Shown: positions 52,555 through 64,000 of the stretch, piece by piece
Numbering within the stretch: the stretch's first letter is position 1
Layout: each line of letters opens with the position of its first letter
Assembly: GCA_030704615.1 (NCBI GenBank)
Contig: CM060732.1
Span: forward strand, 82,956,001-83,020,000
Reading direction: 5' to 3'
Source: Takakia lepidozioides
Taxonomy: Eukaryota > Plantae > Bryophyta
Length of the DNA: 64,000 nt
Made by a program: the position numbers and the translations under genes
The notes under the pieces: generated by a model
The model's database searches: none
What the model saw: the letters and a program-made list of their open reading frames with translations, nothing else
What the model was told of the DNA's origin: nothing

Positions 52555-54120
52555 TTCACACACACACACACACACATTACAAGCAGATCTTTCAATGACC
52601 TTCCCTTAAGTGTGCATAAAAAAGGCAAGGAGTAGCATAAAGTGTTGCTACCTTAGTGTTGCTTTGAGATTGAGTCAATCAAATCTAAGCAAGCGTTAGA
52701 AGCAGAATGCATGGATTGACTCTTCCATCAAGTAGCGAGAGATGCACCTTGTTGGTTTCCTGTCTTTTTGTCCCTGATAAGAGCTACTTCAAGCACATTT
52801 CCATGCTCTGCGAACAAGGGCCGCACCTGTAACACATCAAAAATGATTCACAGATGGAGTAGGTACTTCCAATAATTCCTTGATGAGACAAACAAGTACT
52901 GGACATGCTTGCGAACCACTACAATATCTTCACAGGATTCCACTACCACCATATTGACCTTGTGGAAGGAGGCCAAACAGTCTCCAACCAATTCCCAACC
53001 AAATACACCGGGTAACTTCCAATCCTTTTCTGTTAGATTGAGAGGCTTTGCAAGTTCTGTCCTTAGAGACCACTGTGAATCCTTTAGCCAGTCCTTTGGA
53101 AAGACATGACACAAACTTCTACCTTCCTCGCACCTAAGCTAATGAATCTACTGTGATATCACCCCTGATATTTCCATGATGCATAGTCATTCCCTCACAT
53201 TGTAGTTGAAGAGATAGATGTTTTACCTCCTCTTCTGTGATGGTCCTTGGTACAGACCCCACAAAGAGTTTAACAAAGTTTCCTCCATCTGTCACCTCTG
53301 CAAAAGCAATGTCAGCCAATCACTTGCATAGTGTGTTAAGTGGGCATTGGAGAATGTAAACATATTTGTAAATGGAACCCCTGTTACCAATGTATCACTA
53401 CCAATGTATCTCAAAACTAGGGGTTTAGAAGAGATTTGATCTATTCCCCAGTGCTGAGGTTTAATTTAATCTGGTCAGTCCTGTGGTGAGTGTACCACAT
53501 AGTATAGCTGAAGGGTGGTATGTGCATGAGATTCACTGCCTAAGGGGAAAAAATGTAGCGAAAATTCGTTTCTCTTCCACTAAGTTTCTCTTCTTAGTGG
53601 AAGAGAAACTTCCTCCAGACTCCACAAAGAGACTTGGAACATACAAAACTGCCTTGCAAAAGTAATTCTACCCATGCAAGCTGGAGAGACTAGGTTTCAT
53701 GGAGTCCAGCACATTGTCGTGCAGAACCCTGACCTTCTGCTGATTGTAGGACATTACTGAGACATTCTGAAACATCACAAGACAGTGACGTTGGTCAGCA
53801 CTCACGAAAGCATTGACACACTCCCACAAGAACACATTTGGTGACCGTCAACACAGGCCACAGGCTGAGGCAATACCTTGTGAGGACTCATTCAAAAGAA
53901 CCCCCGAACTGTCTCGTTTCTGTCCTATCAAGGCATGTGCGGTATTGGCAAACGTGTTGCCATGAGGTTGCGCGATGGGCGGCCCATGATTGACGTACTG
54001 GGTTTGCTGATGTTGCCCATGCAGCGGTTGTTGCTGCTGCTGCTGCTGAGGGTGGAGCTGAGAATTCATCAATGAAATGGGATATGGATGTTGCAGCGGC
54101 ATAGGAGATGCTAATTCCAT
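42022..54120 (-). CDS. FCA: FCA-like RNA-binding protein (2 RRM, Q-rich region, WW domain); ~21 exons
   Basis: Exons 54120-53877, 53297-53227 (KLFVGSVPRTITEEE), 52826-52748, 50643-50561, 50404-50353 (VQVRYADGERERL), ~50010-49943 (KLFVGSLNKQ), ~49541-49474, ~49146-49067, ~48747-48682, further G/P/Q-rich exons, WW domain WTEHTSPEGYKYYYNSCTGESK|WEKP (~45480-45290), AQEWAWK exon (~42504-42444), stop TGA at 42024-42022. Q-rich exon borders approximate. Confidence 0.93.
43293..43357 (+). mobile_element. Tail-only retro-insertion, (ATTTC)n between 17-bp direct repeats
   Basis: TTTCTTTACAACAAAAC at 43293-43309 and 43341-43357 flanks 31 bp of ATTTC/ACTTC units. Confidence 0.75.
50860..50926 (+). mobile_element. 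LINE 3' remnant in FCA intron 3
   Basis: CAAACTGGGACACGGGTCTATAGGCACAAGGCTATGTCAAACGCCTCATGAGTACA resembles the shared LINE motif. Confidence 0.65.
52506..52576. repeat. Compound (CT)n(CA)10 microsatellite in FCA intron 3
   Basis: Directly visible in the sequence. Confidence 0.95.
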
Positions 54121-56445
54121 TCTCTGTCTCCCTCTTGTGCCCTCTGCCAGACTTTCCCCTTCCCCCAATGTCTCTCAACCCACCCAACACTCTCCACACA
54201 ACAGCGCGATCTCCGATCTTCAAAAGAGAAAAACCTCCACACTCTATTCGCCTCAAACCAGTAAAACCCAAATCTCCAATATCATCCCCCAAGCACTCTG
54301 TTCTCGATCTAACTACAATACCAGTCTATTCTCTTCCGCCCACGATCAAACCAGAGCAGTTTTGTCTATAGCTGTTCAAAGAAAAAGGTACTGCACGACT
54401 CGACAGACTTAAGGTCCGTGCAAAGAGACTAAAAATTTGACCTAAGAGATGTGAAGAAAGTCACAAATCTTTAACGGACGTTTCTTTTTTGTGTTGAAGT
54501 ATGAGGAAAGGTTAGGCGTCTCGCGAATTGCTTACGGTTCCGGCAATCGTCTGCGAAACGTTCATGCCTCAGTAGTGATTGCAACGATACAGCAGTTCTG
54601 TTTCTGATTTCATGGTGTGCACGAACCAGCTCACAAGAGAGATTTGCATGTGTGGATATTTTCGTTGGAAGCAGTATGTGTGAAGAGGGTTATTAGAAGT
54701 TGGAATGATTGGGGAATTGTGGGACTGGAAGCAGAGAGGTCCAGAATTCTCGGGAAGAAATGCAATAAGGATGTCAAAGCTAAGGCTTTAGACAAGCTTG
54801 GGTGTACAAGCTTGATTGCCGTCGTAAGCCATATTGCGGGTGAATCAGTTATGTTGGGTCTCCTTCCCCCATGGAAAGTTGCTGCTGTCTAGCCAGAACC
54901 AGAGCTGGATCGACAGTTCGCTTCACAATGAATGTCTTCAGGGGAGGCTGAAGCATAATGTTATCTTCTCCTGTACACAAAACAAGGCAAGCTGTACAGA
55001 GATTATTTTTTTTTAGAGAGGGGGGCGGGGGTGGTGGGGGGTGATATTCTCAAAGAAATGTCCGTGACTGGAAGAAGACAACAAAAAAGCACAGTTTCAT
55101 GGGCCCAAACAACCGAAGTCCGCCATTCTTTCACAGCCACATTCTCACTACTTCAAGTCAATCTCAATGCTGTTTCGGGAGAAGTCGAGGAGCTCCACTA
55201 CGCAGAAATCGATTAGCAGCTGGGATGCACACGGACTGCCGCATCGCTTGTTCAATAACCGGATTCTATGCTGAAGCATACCAAGCTCATTTCACTGGCA
55301 AGCTGCGAGTACGTAGTTCACCGAGCTCCAGAATATTTCCCACAAAACATCGCTCGAGAATGAGTTGGTCCATCGGCAAAGGATTCCACCAAGATCTGAC
55401 ACTCACTATCTAAAATCTGCTGGGGAAAACAACTGCCAACCCAGCTAACATGGTTGGCAGCGCACATGTGGGATGAGATGGATGCTGGAATGGACAATGG
55501 ACCTCATTGCCTGAACCTCCAAGCTCCTGCCGCTGCGTCATGGATCTAATGGTGGGCTCCGCCACAACGTGCAACGCATGGCAGCCGTCCCACGGTGGAT
55601 CCCAACGTCATGGCTGATTCTGTTTCCTCCTATCTGTCTCTTCCTCAACATACCATGGCCATCAAAGTGGGGGGAATCGCAACCTCATCAAGAAGAAGCA
55701 ACCTACCCATATCCAAGGTAGCAAGTCCGAGGACACGAACGATCTCTAAAGTTAGAAGAAATCCTCGGGAGTTGACTTGCAAATGAGAATAGTTATTGAG
55801 GAGCACTGGCACTGTCAAAGCCACGCAACGGAGGGTCAAGCTGTGTTCCCACTTTGCAGGGGCGATACACACGCTTGCCAATGACATGAGGCGGTGCATA
55901 CGGTAGTACCATGATGATCCTGCATTCTGCCAACTTCGACAGGTTTGAAATGTGTTTCCAATCACATTACTTATTCAACTGGAATGGGTGAGTGCGTGAG
56001 CTTTCTAAAGTACACATTTTGAATTTCTGTACTGCTCCAGCTTTGCTCATATAAAGACTGCGAGTCTGTAAGCACTGACAGACTCCATGCTTGCATGCCA
56101 ACTCAGATTCTTTATCTCTTCACACTTGGGGAGCTGACCGGATTTTGTAAACAAAGACACAGAAAAGAATGTGATTCGACTTTGCACAGTTCTGTCGTAA
56201 GCATCTTCCCCACATTTCCTACAGCTACCAACTCATTCAAGCTCTCTATTTGCGGCTCCTCACCGAAAACTTGGCAACCCTCCTCAAGTTGTAATGAGCA
56301 AAGCAGCCTGCTAGTTTCATTGATAGAGTTGCAGACATGTGCCCACAAGTTACCACACTGCAATCTGCTTGTCCTAACCACAACCCACCTGACTTCCTTT
56401 ACAACAACTCTCATTACTGCCAGCATCCGGTTGGTAAGTAGGTAC

Positions 56446-57248
56446 CAGTGTTGGGCGGTTACCCGCCTGGGCCCCGGGTAACCGCAGGTTCCGGTTCCGG
56501 TTATGTGGAACCGGACCGGAACCGGACCCGCCTGTGCAGAACCGGAACCGGAACCGCTCATTGGGGATTGTGTGCGAACCGGAACCGGCGGTTCCAGCTA
56601 CGACCACATGTGTGGGATCCGGCGGTTCCAGCTCCAAAGCGGTTCCGGTTCCGGTTCCGGTTCCGGTCCAAATTTATGTATTTTTTTTAGTTGTGCTTTT
56701 GCTGCACCATAAAAGGTAACCATAGAATTACACATGTTTAATTTGTTTTGTATTTTGAATTAAGATCCTTATGTAGTTAGTTTGTTTTAGTTGTTCTTTG
56801 CTACACTGTACGACAACTTATAAAATCTCTGGTTTTCCGTTTTTAATGGAGACCATGCGTATATAACTAGTTATATATACCATAAAAGACAATCACAAAA
56901 AACATATAAGTTTATTTACTTCTGTTTTACTAATAAATTCCCTGGTTTTAGTTGAAAATTCTCAGTATGACCAATCAGATCAGTTCATCTAATTTTCCAG
57001 AAGAATAAAAAATTAAAAGAATTTAATATATTTTTAAAAAAGAACCGGAACCTAACCGGAACCGGTGTTTTTTTTCCAGCAACTAACCGGTAACCGGAAC
57101 TGCCCCCATGTTAAAAAGTCGGAACCTGAACCGGACCGGAACCGCCTTAATAAAAAATAACCGGATCCGGATCCGGAACCGTCTCTTCAAAAATTTGTGG
57201 AACCGGAACCGAAGGTTCCTTCACAAAGGCAAGAACCGCCCAACACTG
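56446..57248. mobile_element. Young non-autonomous hAT element
   Basis: Perfect 15-bp TIR CAGTGTTGGGCGGTT / AACCGCCCAACACTG; perfect 8-bp TSD GTAGGTAC (56438-56445 and 57249-57256); dense GGAACC/GGTTCC subterminal repeats; AT-rich core. Confidence 0.95.
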
Positions 57249-57343
57249 GTAGGTACCATCACTGTCCTGAAAACCTGATCCCACCCCCCTATATTCCAGG
57301 GCATGTCAACCCAACTCCCTATATCAAGGCACTTTCTTTGCTA

Positions 57344-57680
57344 TAAAAATTGTATATACATAATCGGCCGGGCTTAGTACTTAGTAAGGGATTGTCCTAT
57401 GCAACATTTGTCAAAATAGTTGTAACTGTTGCTTCAATGGATCTGATCCAATGTTTTCTCCTGTCCGCGGCAATACTATTTGTTCCCAGATCCTGGTACC
57501 TATGCTAGTTGTGCTTCACAATCTTAGCTCTAAAATTGTATATACTTACTCGCATGGCCTTATTAATACAAATGGATTGGCTTATGTAACATTTGTGGAA
57601 ATAGTTGTAGCTCATTTATTGGATCCGGTCCCATTTTTCTTGTGTCGTCCGCAACACAACACTAATTGTTCCCAGTATCA
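57344..57680. repeat. Diverged ~190-bp tandem duplication
   Basis: AAAATTGTATATAC..AACATTTGT..AAATAGTTGTA..TGGATC..TTGTTCCCAG occurs at ~57345-57490 and ~57532-57675. Confidence 0.65.
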
Positions 57681-59596
57681 AAATCTAGTACATACGCTCG
57701 TTCTGCTTTGCAATCGTTCAATTCTAACCTTCTTTTCTGTTATTGTCTGGTCTACTTCAAGGAGTTGGCGATGCTATATTGGTTTTCATTTGTGTTTTTT
57801 ATATTTCCCTTTGTTGGCTCTCTTGTAAGAGAGAGACAGTGCAACATGTTGAAGTCAATGGAGAAAATGTGGTCAAAGGACCTTACACCTTGTCAAGACT
57901 CCGATGGGTGTGTTGTGCTGAGTCATGCTCCTTACTCTCGCCTTCCTATTATGTTTTGCCAAAGCAAGAGAGCCCATCGCTATTGTAGGCTTGTCTGTAG
58001 GGTTTTACTTCTCCGCATGGACACATGCACTTGTGGGTCTTCTATAATATCTGATCCATGTGTCCTATCCGGACATGGGCATGCTCAATGCGGAATAGTG
58101 AACAATGCTGGAACCTTTGCTTTCCCTTCCATACTTTTCTTGGGTGCAAAGATTCATTCCGTGAATGTTCCGGCGCATACCCTCTGGGGAATCATGCCGG
58201 AACAAGCACGTAGTCTACAATGTGGTGATCTCGAACGAACAATCACGTGGAATTGAGGAATCCACACATCTTATGAACATATTGCCAAATGCCCAGTCAA
58301 GATTACACCTGACTATAGGGTCAACCACGACCCAATATATTCATGGACGAAAGAAACGGCCAAATTGGAAAAGAAAATGGGGTCAACTACGACCCAATAT
58401 ACAAGATGAACGAACTAAGAACCGGCCAATTCGGAGAAAAATTTAGTGTAGAACCTAGAATCCGTTGCGCTTTTTTTTTTTCCATTGAGCTACTGTTCAA
58501 CATAGCCCACAATTATGGTGAAAATGGTGACTTGGCATTACTGTGGGTGACTGTGGGTTCCAATCCTGAAAGAGGAGCAATTTCTGTAAGGAAGGAGATG
58601 GAGGAGAAGAGCAGTTGAAGGAAGGATGGAAGAGAGATGACCGTGGGTGACGGTCAAGTGCTGGGATGTGCCCTGCCATGGATGCCACGCCGTCTCAAAC
58701 ACCCCTTCCCCTCCCCTTCCTCCTTAGGCACTAGCTGCTCATCACCCTCGCTCTTGGGATGTTGGCCACACACAGCCGGATTGCTGCCTCACTGTTGCAT
58801 TTTGTCTGCATGTAGGCAGGGGATTTGTTGGTAGGGAGATGTTTTGAGGTGGGTTCAATTTTTTTGGTTTGTCAGGTGCTGATCTCGCCTGCCAGTTAGT
58901 CCTCTGCATACTAAATTACTTGCTTCCGAAGTTTTGAGGGTAGGGGCTTCAAAGGTTGCGTAATTGAGTGGAAGTTTTGTGTTTATGTCTGCATCCGTCG
59001 ATGCCGCCACCTCATCTTCGCATTTTGTTGCAATCGTGTTCATGACAGAGTTGGGTTCCTGACGTCGATGGTGCTCGATGCCGGTGCACTGCTGTGTGAG
59101 ATTTGCTAGGGGTCAGGCAGATCACGGGGGCAAGGCTCACGTTTTTAGCGGAATTGGGGTGCTTATGTACTCATTTGTGCTTCAACTGCCGATGGGAGAT
59201 GCCTGCAACTGATGCTGCGACTGTAATCTTCGTTCAACAGCTTGCACTCAGTGGAATATCTAGAAATCTGCGGCCGGAAGGACGTGAACATGATTCTGTA
59301 GTATCTTCGACTTAATCTTGGTGAAGGTATCGCTTAAGCGTGTGCTCTAGAGACGCTGGCCATGCGTAAAGGAACGGCAGTCTCGGGTACCGGAGTCGAC
59401 CGTTCTTACATGATGCAGACCTGAACTCTACTATCCTAGGGAATGTGGAAACGCGCAACTTAGTGGCCCTGTGTTTAGCCGGCAACCTGACGTTCGGAAT
59501 GCTTAGGGGAAGTGACTTTGTCTCGAAAGATGCAACGGCATGCCTAGAGGCGTGTAAGCAGTAGGCAACGTGCAAAGGTGTCAGGTGGGATCAAAC

Positions 59597-62500
59597 ATGG
59601 GCAATTCTTTCGGATGCTCTGCATCAGGGGAGAGATTGGTATCTGCTGCTCGTGATGGAGACCTGCAAGAGGCCCAGGCACTGCTGGATTGCAACCCACG
59701 GCTTGCCAAGTATTCCACTTTCGGTGTCCGCAATTCGCCCCTCCATTTTTCAGCAATGCAGGGCCACAACGAGGTACCCTACGTCTAATTATACATAGAA
59801 CTCCCTTACCTCAGATGAGGCTCTGCAGATGACAGTATTAGCTGTGATAAAATGGGAACAGGTTGGTGTCAATCAAGGTACTCGATGTGTCTCATGTGTA
59901 TATGACTGTCACCTGCACAATAACCATGGGAATTGATACATAATAAACAAGTGGCACTTGTGTTAAATTTTTGTTGAAAGTATTTGGGAGAAGCTAAAGT
60001 ATGAATCTCACTTTTTGTATCCGCAAGTCCCAAGGTTCTGTCTCTGCTGCCCTTACTTGCTAGTTAGCATGGAAAACATGGGGTGGCAGGACCACCGTCC
60101 AATTCTCCTTCGGTGTCATCACGTTTTCAATGGTATCTTTACCTGGTTTGGCATTCAAGAAGCAACCTTTTCAGATACGACATGGAGATTCCCTGCAAAC
60201 AGAATCCTCCTACCAATTATGTAATCCTGAAGGTGCTGTGCAATATTTTGTGGACTAACTGTGATGGCAGCTGCGATTGTTTGATAATTTTAGACATTGT
60301 CTTCACTTTTAACCACAAAACTGTACACTGCCATGTCTTGCCTTTCAGATTGTCACACTGCTGCTCGAGTGTGGAGTTGAAGTCAATACCCGAAATTACT
60401 GTGGACAGGTACTTCTTAACAGGCTTACAGCTCATCACTCTTCATGTAGAAAGTAAAAAACTGTCAATGGTGTGTTTGGCCACCTGGGATAGGGTGGGAC
60501 CTGTGCGGGAGGGTCATGAAAGAAATAGGTCTCCAAAGACCCCTATTATTGGATAATGTTGGGAAGAACTCCAGATGTCCTTTAAGGAATCCACTGAGCC
60601 TGAATAACTGGGACAAAAACTTCCCATTCCTCAAGGCTGGTTGGGCACCAGGTCTCTTAGTATGTCACCGCAGGCCAGGTGCATATGAAAGGTTTCAAAT
60701 GAGTGGGAGAGAGATATTGACTCGAGGGTGTTGAGTGCATTAGTGCCTGGGAGGCACATGCTGTTGGACCCAGTGTGTAATGCGTGAGAGCCAGGGATAA
60801 ATTTGGAGAGTGGTTCCAGCTTAGCTCTCTCCCAATTTTAAGCTTTCTGAAGTACCAAGAGGTGTTTCTATGACCATTTGCCAGTACTTTCTCTAATTTA
60901 AAAAAACGCCCTAATGGGAGGTTGCATTCAAGTGGCATAAAGTTCTCTCTTTCCTTGTTACCTCAGAATACACATCTGCTGTGTAGGAGGGCAACTCCAA
61001 CCATGCTAAAACTCTAGATTTCATTCAGCTTTTGGTGCCCAGACGGAGCATGACAGCATGATCTAGAACAGCTAACGCAGCTGTTCGGGTGAGTTTGGCA
61101 TACCACCCCTGAGTTCTCGACACAATGAGTTCAAGGTCAGATGGTACGGTCAGTTGGATCACATAGTCCCGGCACCTCTGTCCACCAACTTCCAAAATCT
61201 CAAGGCTGAGCTTACAGCCTTGGCCCTGTTGGGGTCTAATTGCTGGGTAGCTCACACACTTCAGATTAATGCTTGTGTGCAGGGATTTCTAGAGGAAATG
61301 TGGAAGCCCAAACCCATTGTTTATACCATATGTAACCCCCCCAACTACACTAGCCCCTCAAAAAGGTAGTGTCTGTTCCCTCTTGTTCTGCCCAAACTGA
61401 GTTGGGATCTATGGCCACAAGGCTATGGTAAACAATGTCTCATGAGTACATCCCCCCCCCCAAACCCCCGCGCCGTCCCCACTTCCTTACCAGAGGCCCT
61501 AAGGTATGAGGCCCCAATTGCTACAAGCATACCTACATGAGGTTTTTGTCCTTCCAAGTAACTTTTGGAAACTTCTGATACGCCCTGTTGGTTCTCTTGT
61601 TTTTGGGCCCTCTGGGCTCCCATGGACATATAGATCTTGATTCTACCCTCTTGAATTTCTTTTTCTATTTTCCTTTCCCCCTCTCTCTCCGTTTCTGTCA
61701 TGTGTGTGCTTGGCTCTGGGCATATGAGGCTTCTGCTGAAAGCCCTGTTTTGGAACATGCAGACAGCTTTGATGCAGGCGTGTCGATACGGACATTGGGA
61801 GGTGGTTCAGACGCTGTTACTATACAAGGCAAATGTAAGCAAGTTTCTCCAAAATCCCCAACGGCAACTTCTATGACTCACCTCAACAAAATTTGAACAC
61901 TATATGCAAGGTTTTCTGAGGTCTCCTACTGGGATCTCCAAAGATGCAATCATCTGAAACCTTTGACTTTATTCGGGCACTTTTCAGCTTGCAGGGGGGC
62001 AGATGAGTTCTTGATTTAGAAGGGTTGTTTCTGTTATTAGATGTCTTGCATTCACATGAGTAGCAAATGCTTGTGCTTCAGATTGTGGAGAGGTTGTCAT
62101 TAATTGGGAGAGTTGCAGACCTATGCTCTAAGCACCTCTAAAGTTGGGATGGGCATTTAACAGAGGAACACCCTATGATAGCTGCATCCATCAAGCATCC
62201 TTTGCTTCTTTCCCAAAGGGACCTGATCAGCAGGCGCCTGTAATTAAGCCGGTGGTGCGGTTTCTGTATCAGGACTATGTTAGAAAACCACACGGGACTT
62301 CTCGCTGGCTTTTGTTATAATTGCCACAGGCTTCTGGCCTGACAGCGATGCGGTGAAGTTCCCCAGGGGCTTCTAATTATAGATTCTAATGCAGATACTG
62401 TTCACCTGGCGCCTGACGGCTTTGCAGCGCTACCTGATTTGGGAGTTTTCCAAATAGCATTCAGGTACTGTGGGTTGTTCTAGGATATCTATATCCACAA

Positions 62501-62879
62501 CATATTTTCAAGGTTGCACAAGTTTCCCTTGGAAATCCCTATGTTAACTTTTCTAATGCAACAGCACTCTGAGCTGATTGCCTATTCTAACGAAGATGGA
62601 TGCTCCCCTACATGTCTTTAATCCATAATTGTTAGCAACTGCCTCACTTGTTGCATAGTTGGATTGGTTCATATCAACAATATTTGCCTTTTTGCAGGTC
62701 AACAGAGCTGACTATCTGAATGGCCGCACAGCACTCCATTTTGCAGCAGTGAGTGGGCATGCGCGCTGCGTACGCCTGATTGTTGCAGACTATGTACCCA
62801 GTGTGCCCTACTTGTGGAATACATTGCAACCAGCCAACCAAGATGAGACACCATCCATGAAGAGCTATCTAGATCGAAG
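59597..62879 (+). CDS. XBAT33: XBAT32/XBAT33-type ankyrin-repeat (RING) E3 ligase, first four exons; continues beyond the window
   Basis: Exons 59597-59773, 60349-60408, 61763-61834, 62698-62879: [71 protein letters not shown] domain not in window. Confidence 0.93.
61150..61640 (+). mobile_element. Diverged LINE 3' portion in XBAT intron 2
   Basis: [30 protein letters not shown], then GGCCACAAGGCTATGGTAAACAATGTCTCATGAGTACA and GGGCCCTC..CCCATGGA as in the 13078-13836 copy. Confidence 0.8.
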
Positions 62880-64000
62880 GTTGGCCTCCTTGTTCAAAAA
62901 TGGGGATGGGTATCCACTTCATGGGAAGCTGTTTTATGGATATCCTATATGTAGACCTAAGTAAAATGTTGTCAGAATGATTACCAGTTCAAGAAAGTAC
63001 GTCCCAAGTCGCATAGGGAATAGACAACCCCAGCACCTGGTGTTCAGTTCTTACTTAGCTGTCCTCAAGATTGAGAAGGGCATCCTTAATATGGGCTACT
63101 TGGATGTCAAAACACCTGCGCTGGTGCTCTCTCTTGCTCACTCTGTTCTTTGTTGGATACTCTGTCTCTCTCACTCTCTCTCTCACACAAATAATTGATT
63201 CAGCACTTATGAAGTAGGACATCAAAGCCTGAGAACGTGAGTTTCTGAGTCACATGTTGGGAAGGTCAGAGAAGGTTAAGTTGGGAAGCAAACAAGCTGA
63301 AGCTGGTAAGAAAGACTTGAGCTTCTTCTCAACCTTGAATAAAATAGGCTGACAAAAGAATTGCTGTGGGGGTGGCAACGGCATGGGTTTGACCCACTGC
63401 ATAGGAGGATCATCAGTTCACCAAGTTGGGCAAGAAAGAGGGCCTATGTGGCTATGTTTGTCTATTAATGTCAGGAAAGGGTCTACAGTTGGGTGTGGTG
63501 CGCTTTGTTACTTTCTGAGGTAGAATTGTCCTATTTTATCACTTAAAGAGGGCTCTTGATACACTTCTTCCGGTCAGTTTTGTGATACTGGAGGCCACAG
63601 TAGAAAACCAGGGCTCTCCTGGGGTCTGAAACCCAGGTAAGCTTTCCAGACAATGACCTGCTCTGGTGGTAGGCTTTTGGGGGATGGGGATACTAGATGT
63701 TACCCACATTCAAATATTAGTTCCACCACAGGGTCAGGCCTTGAGAGCTGTAATGCCCCTTGGTCTTTCGTTTTGGGCTCCTCTCTCTCTCGTCCTTCTG
63801 TTCCTTCATTATTCAGCACGGGTTTTGGTCTAGATGGCCTCAAGGTATGTAATACCTTGCTGGAATGGTACTCTAGCCTTGAGCATTCTAGCCCCCTTGG
63901 CTCTCTCCTTCTGGTCCTTCACGTCTGCACACGGGTTTCAGAATGCTATAATAATGGCAACGTAATGAACTTTCTCTCAGCCTTTTTTCTGTCATGTTAT

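Noticed and set aside
56095-56719. GSGSG/TGTG/RFRF-repeat ORFs
   Set aside because: Translations of the hAT element's GGAACC subterminal repeats.
57666-58618. 196-aa ORF and a YDPIYKM piggyBac-like word
   Set aside because: No coherent domain; the word derives from a short local repeat (ACGACCCAATATA x2).

Overview
Eukaryotic, intron-rich (GT-AG) nuclear DNA, most consistent with a non-seed land plant (PLS-class PPR relic, FCA, SYP13, XBAT32/33; species not determinable from sequence alone). No rRNA, intact tRNA or CRISPR array was seen. Gene order: UBP1/2-type ubiquitin protease (-, 3' end runs off the window); GH51 alpha-L-arabinofuranosidase (+, 17 exons); CACTA transposase relic; SYP13 syntaxin (-); a 7-exon, apparently intact, probably plastid-targeted DUF1995 protein with a C-terminal SAP-like domain (-); a patch of gene fragments (two homogentisate phytyltransferase exons plus a PPR relic); a GH28 polygalacturonase pseudogene whose catalytic exon is split by a hAT-type element; a ~97-bp tandem repeat; an FCA-like 2xRRM+WW gene (-, ~21 exons); and the 5' part of an XBAT32/33 ankyrin E3 ligase (+). 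Three non-autonomous hAT elements with 8-bp TSDs are present, and one LINE family has left fragments in introns of five genes. The best novelty candidate is the DUF1995-SAP fusion. All exon models were read by eye; no database search was run.
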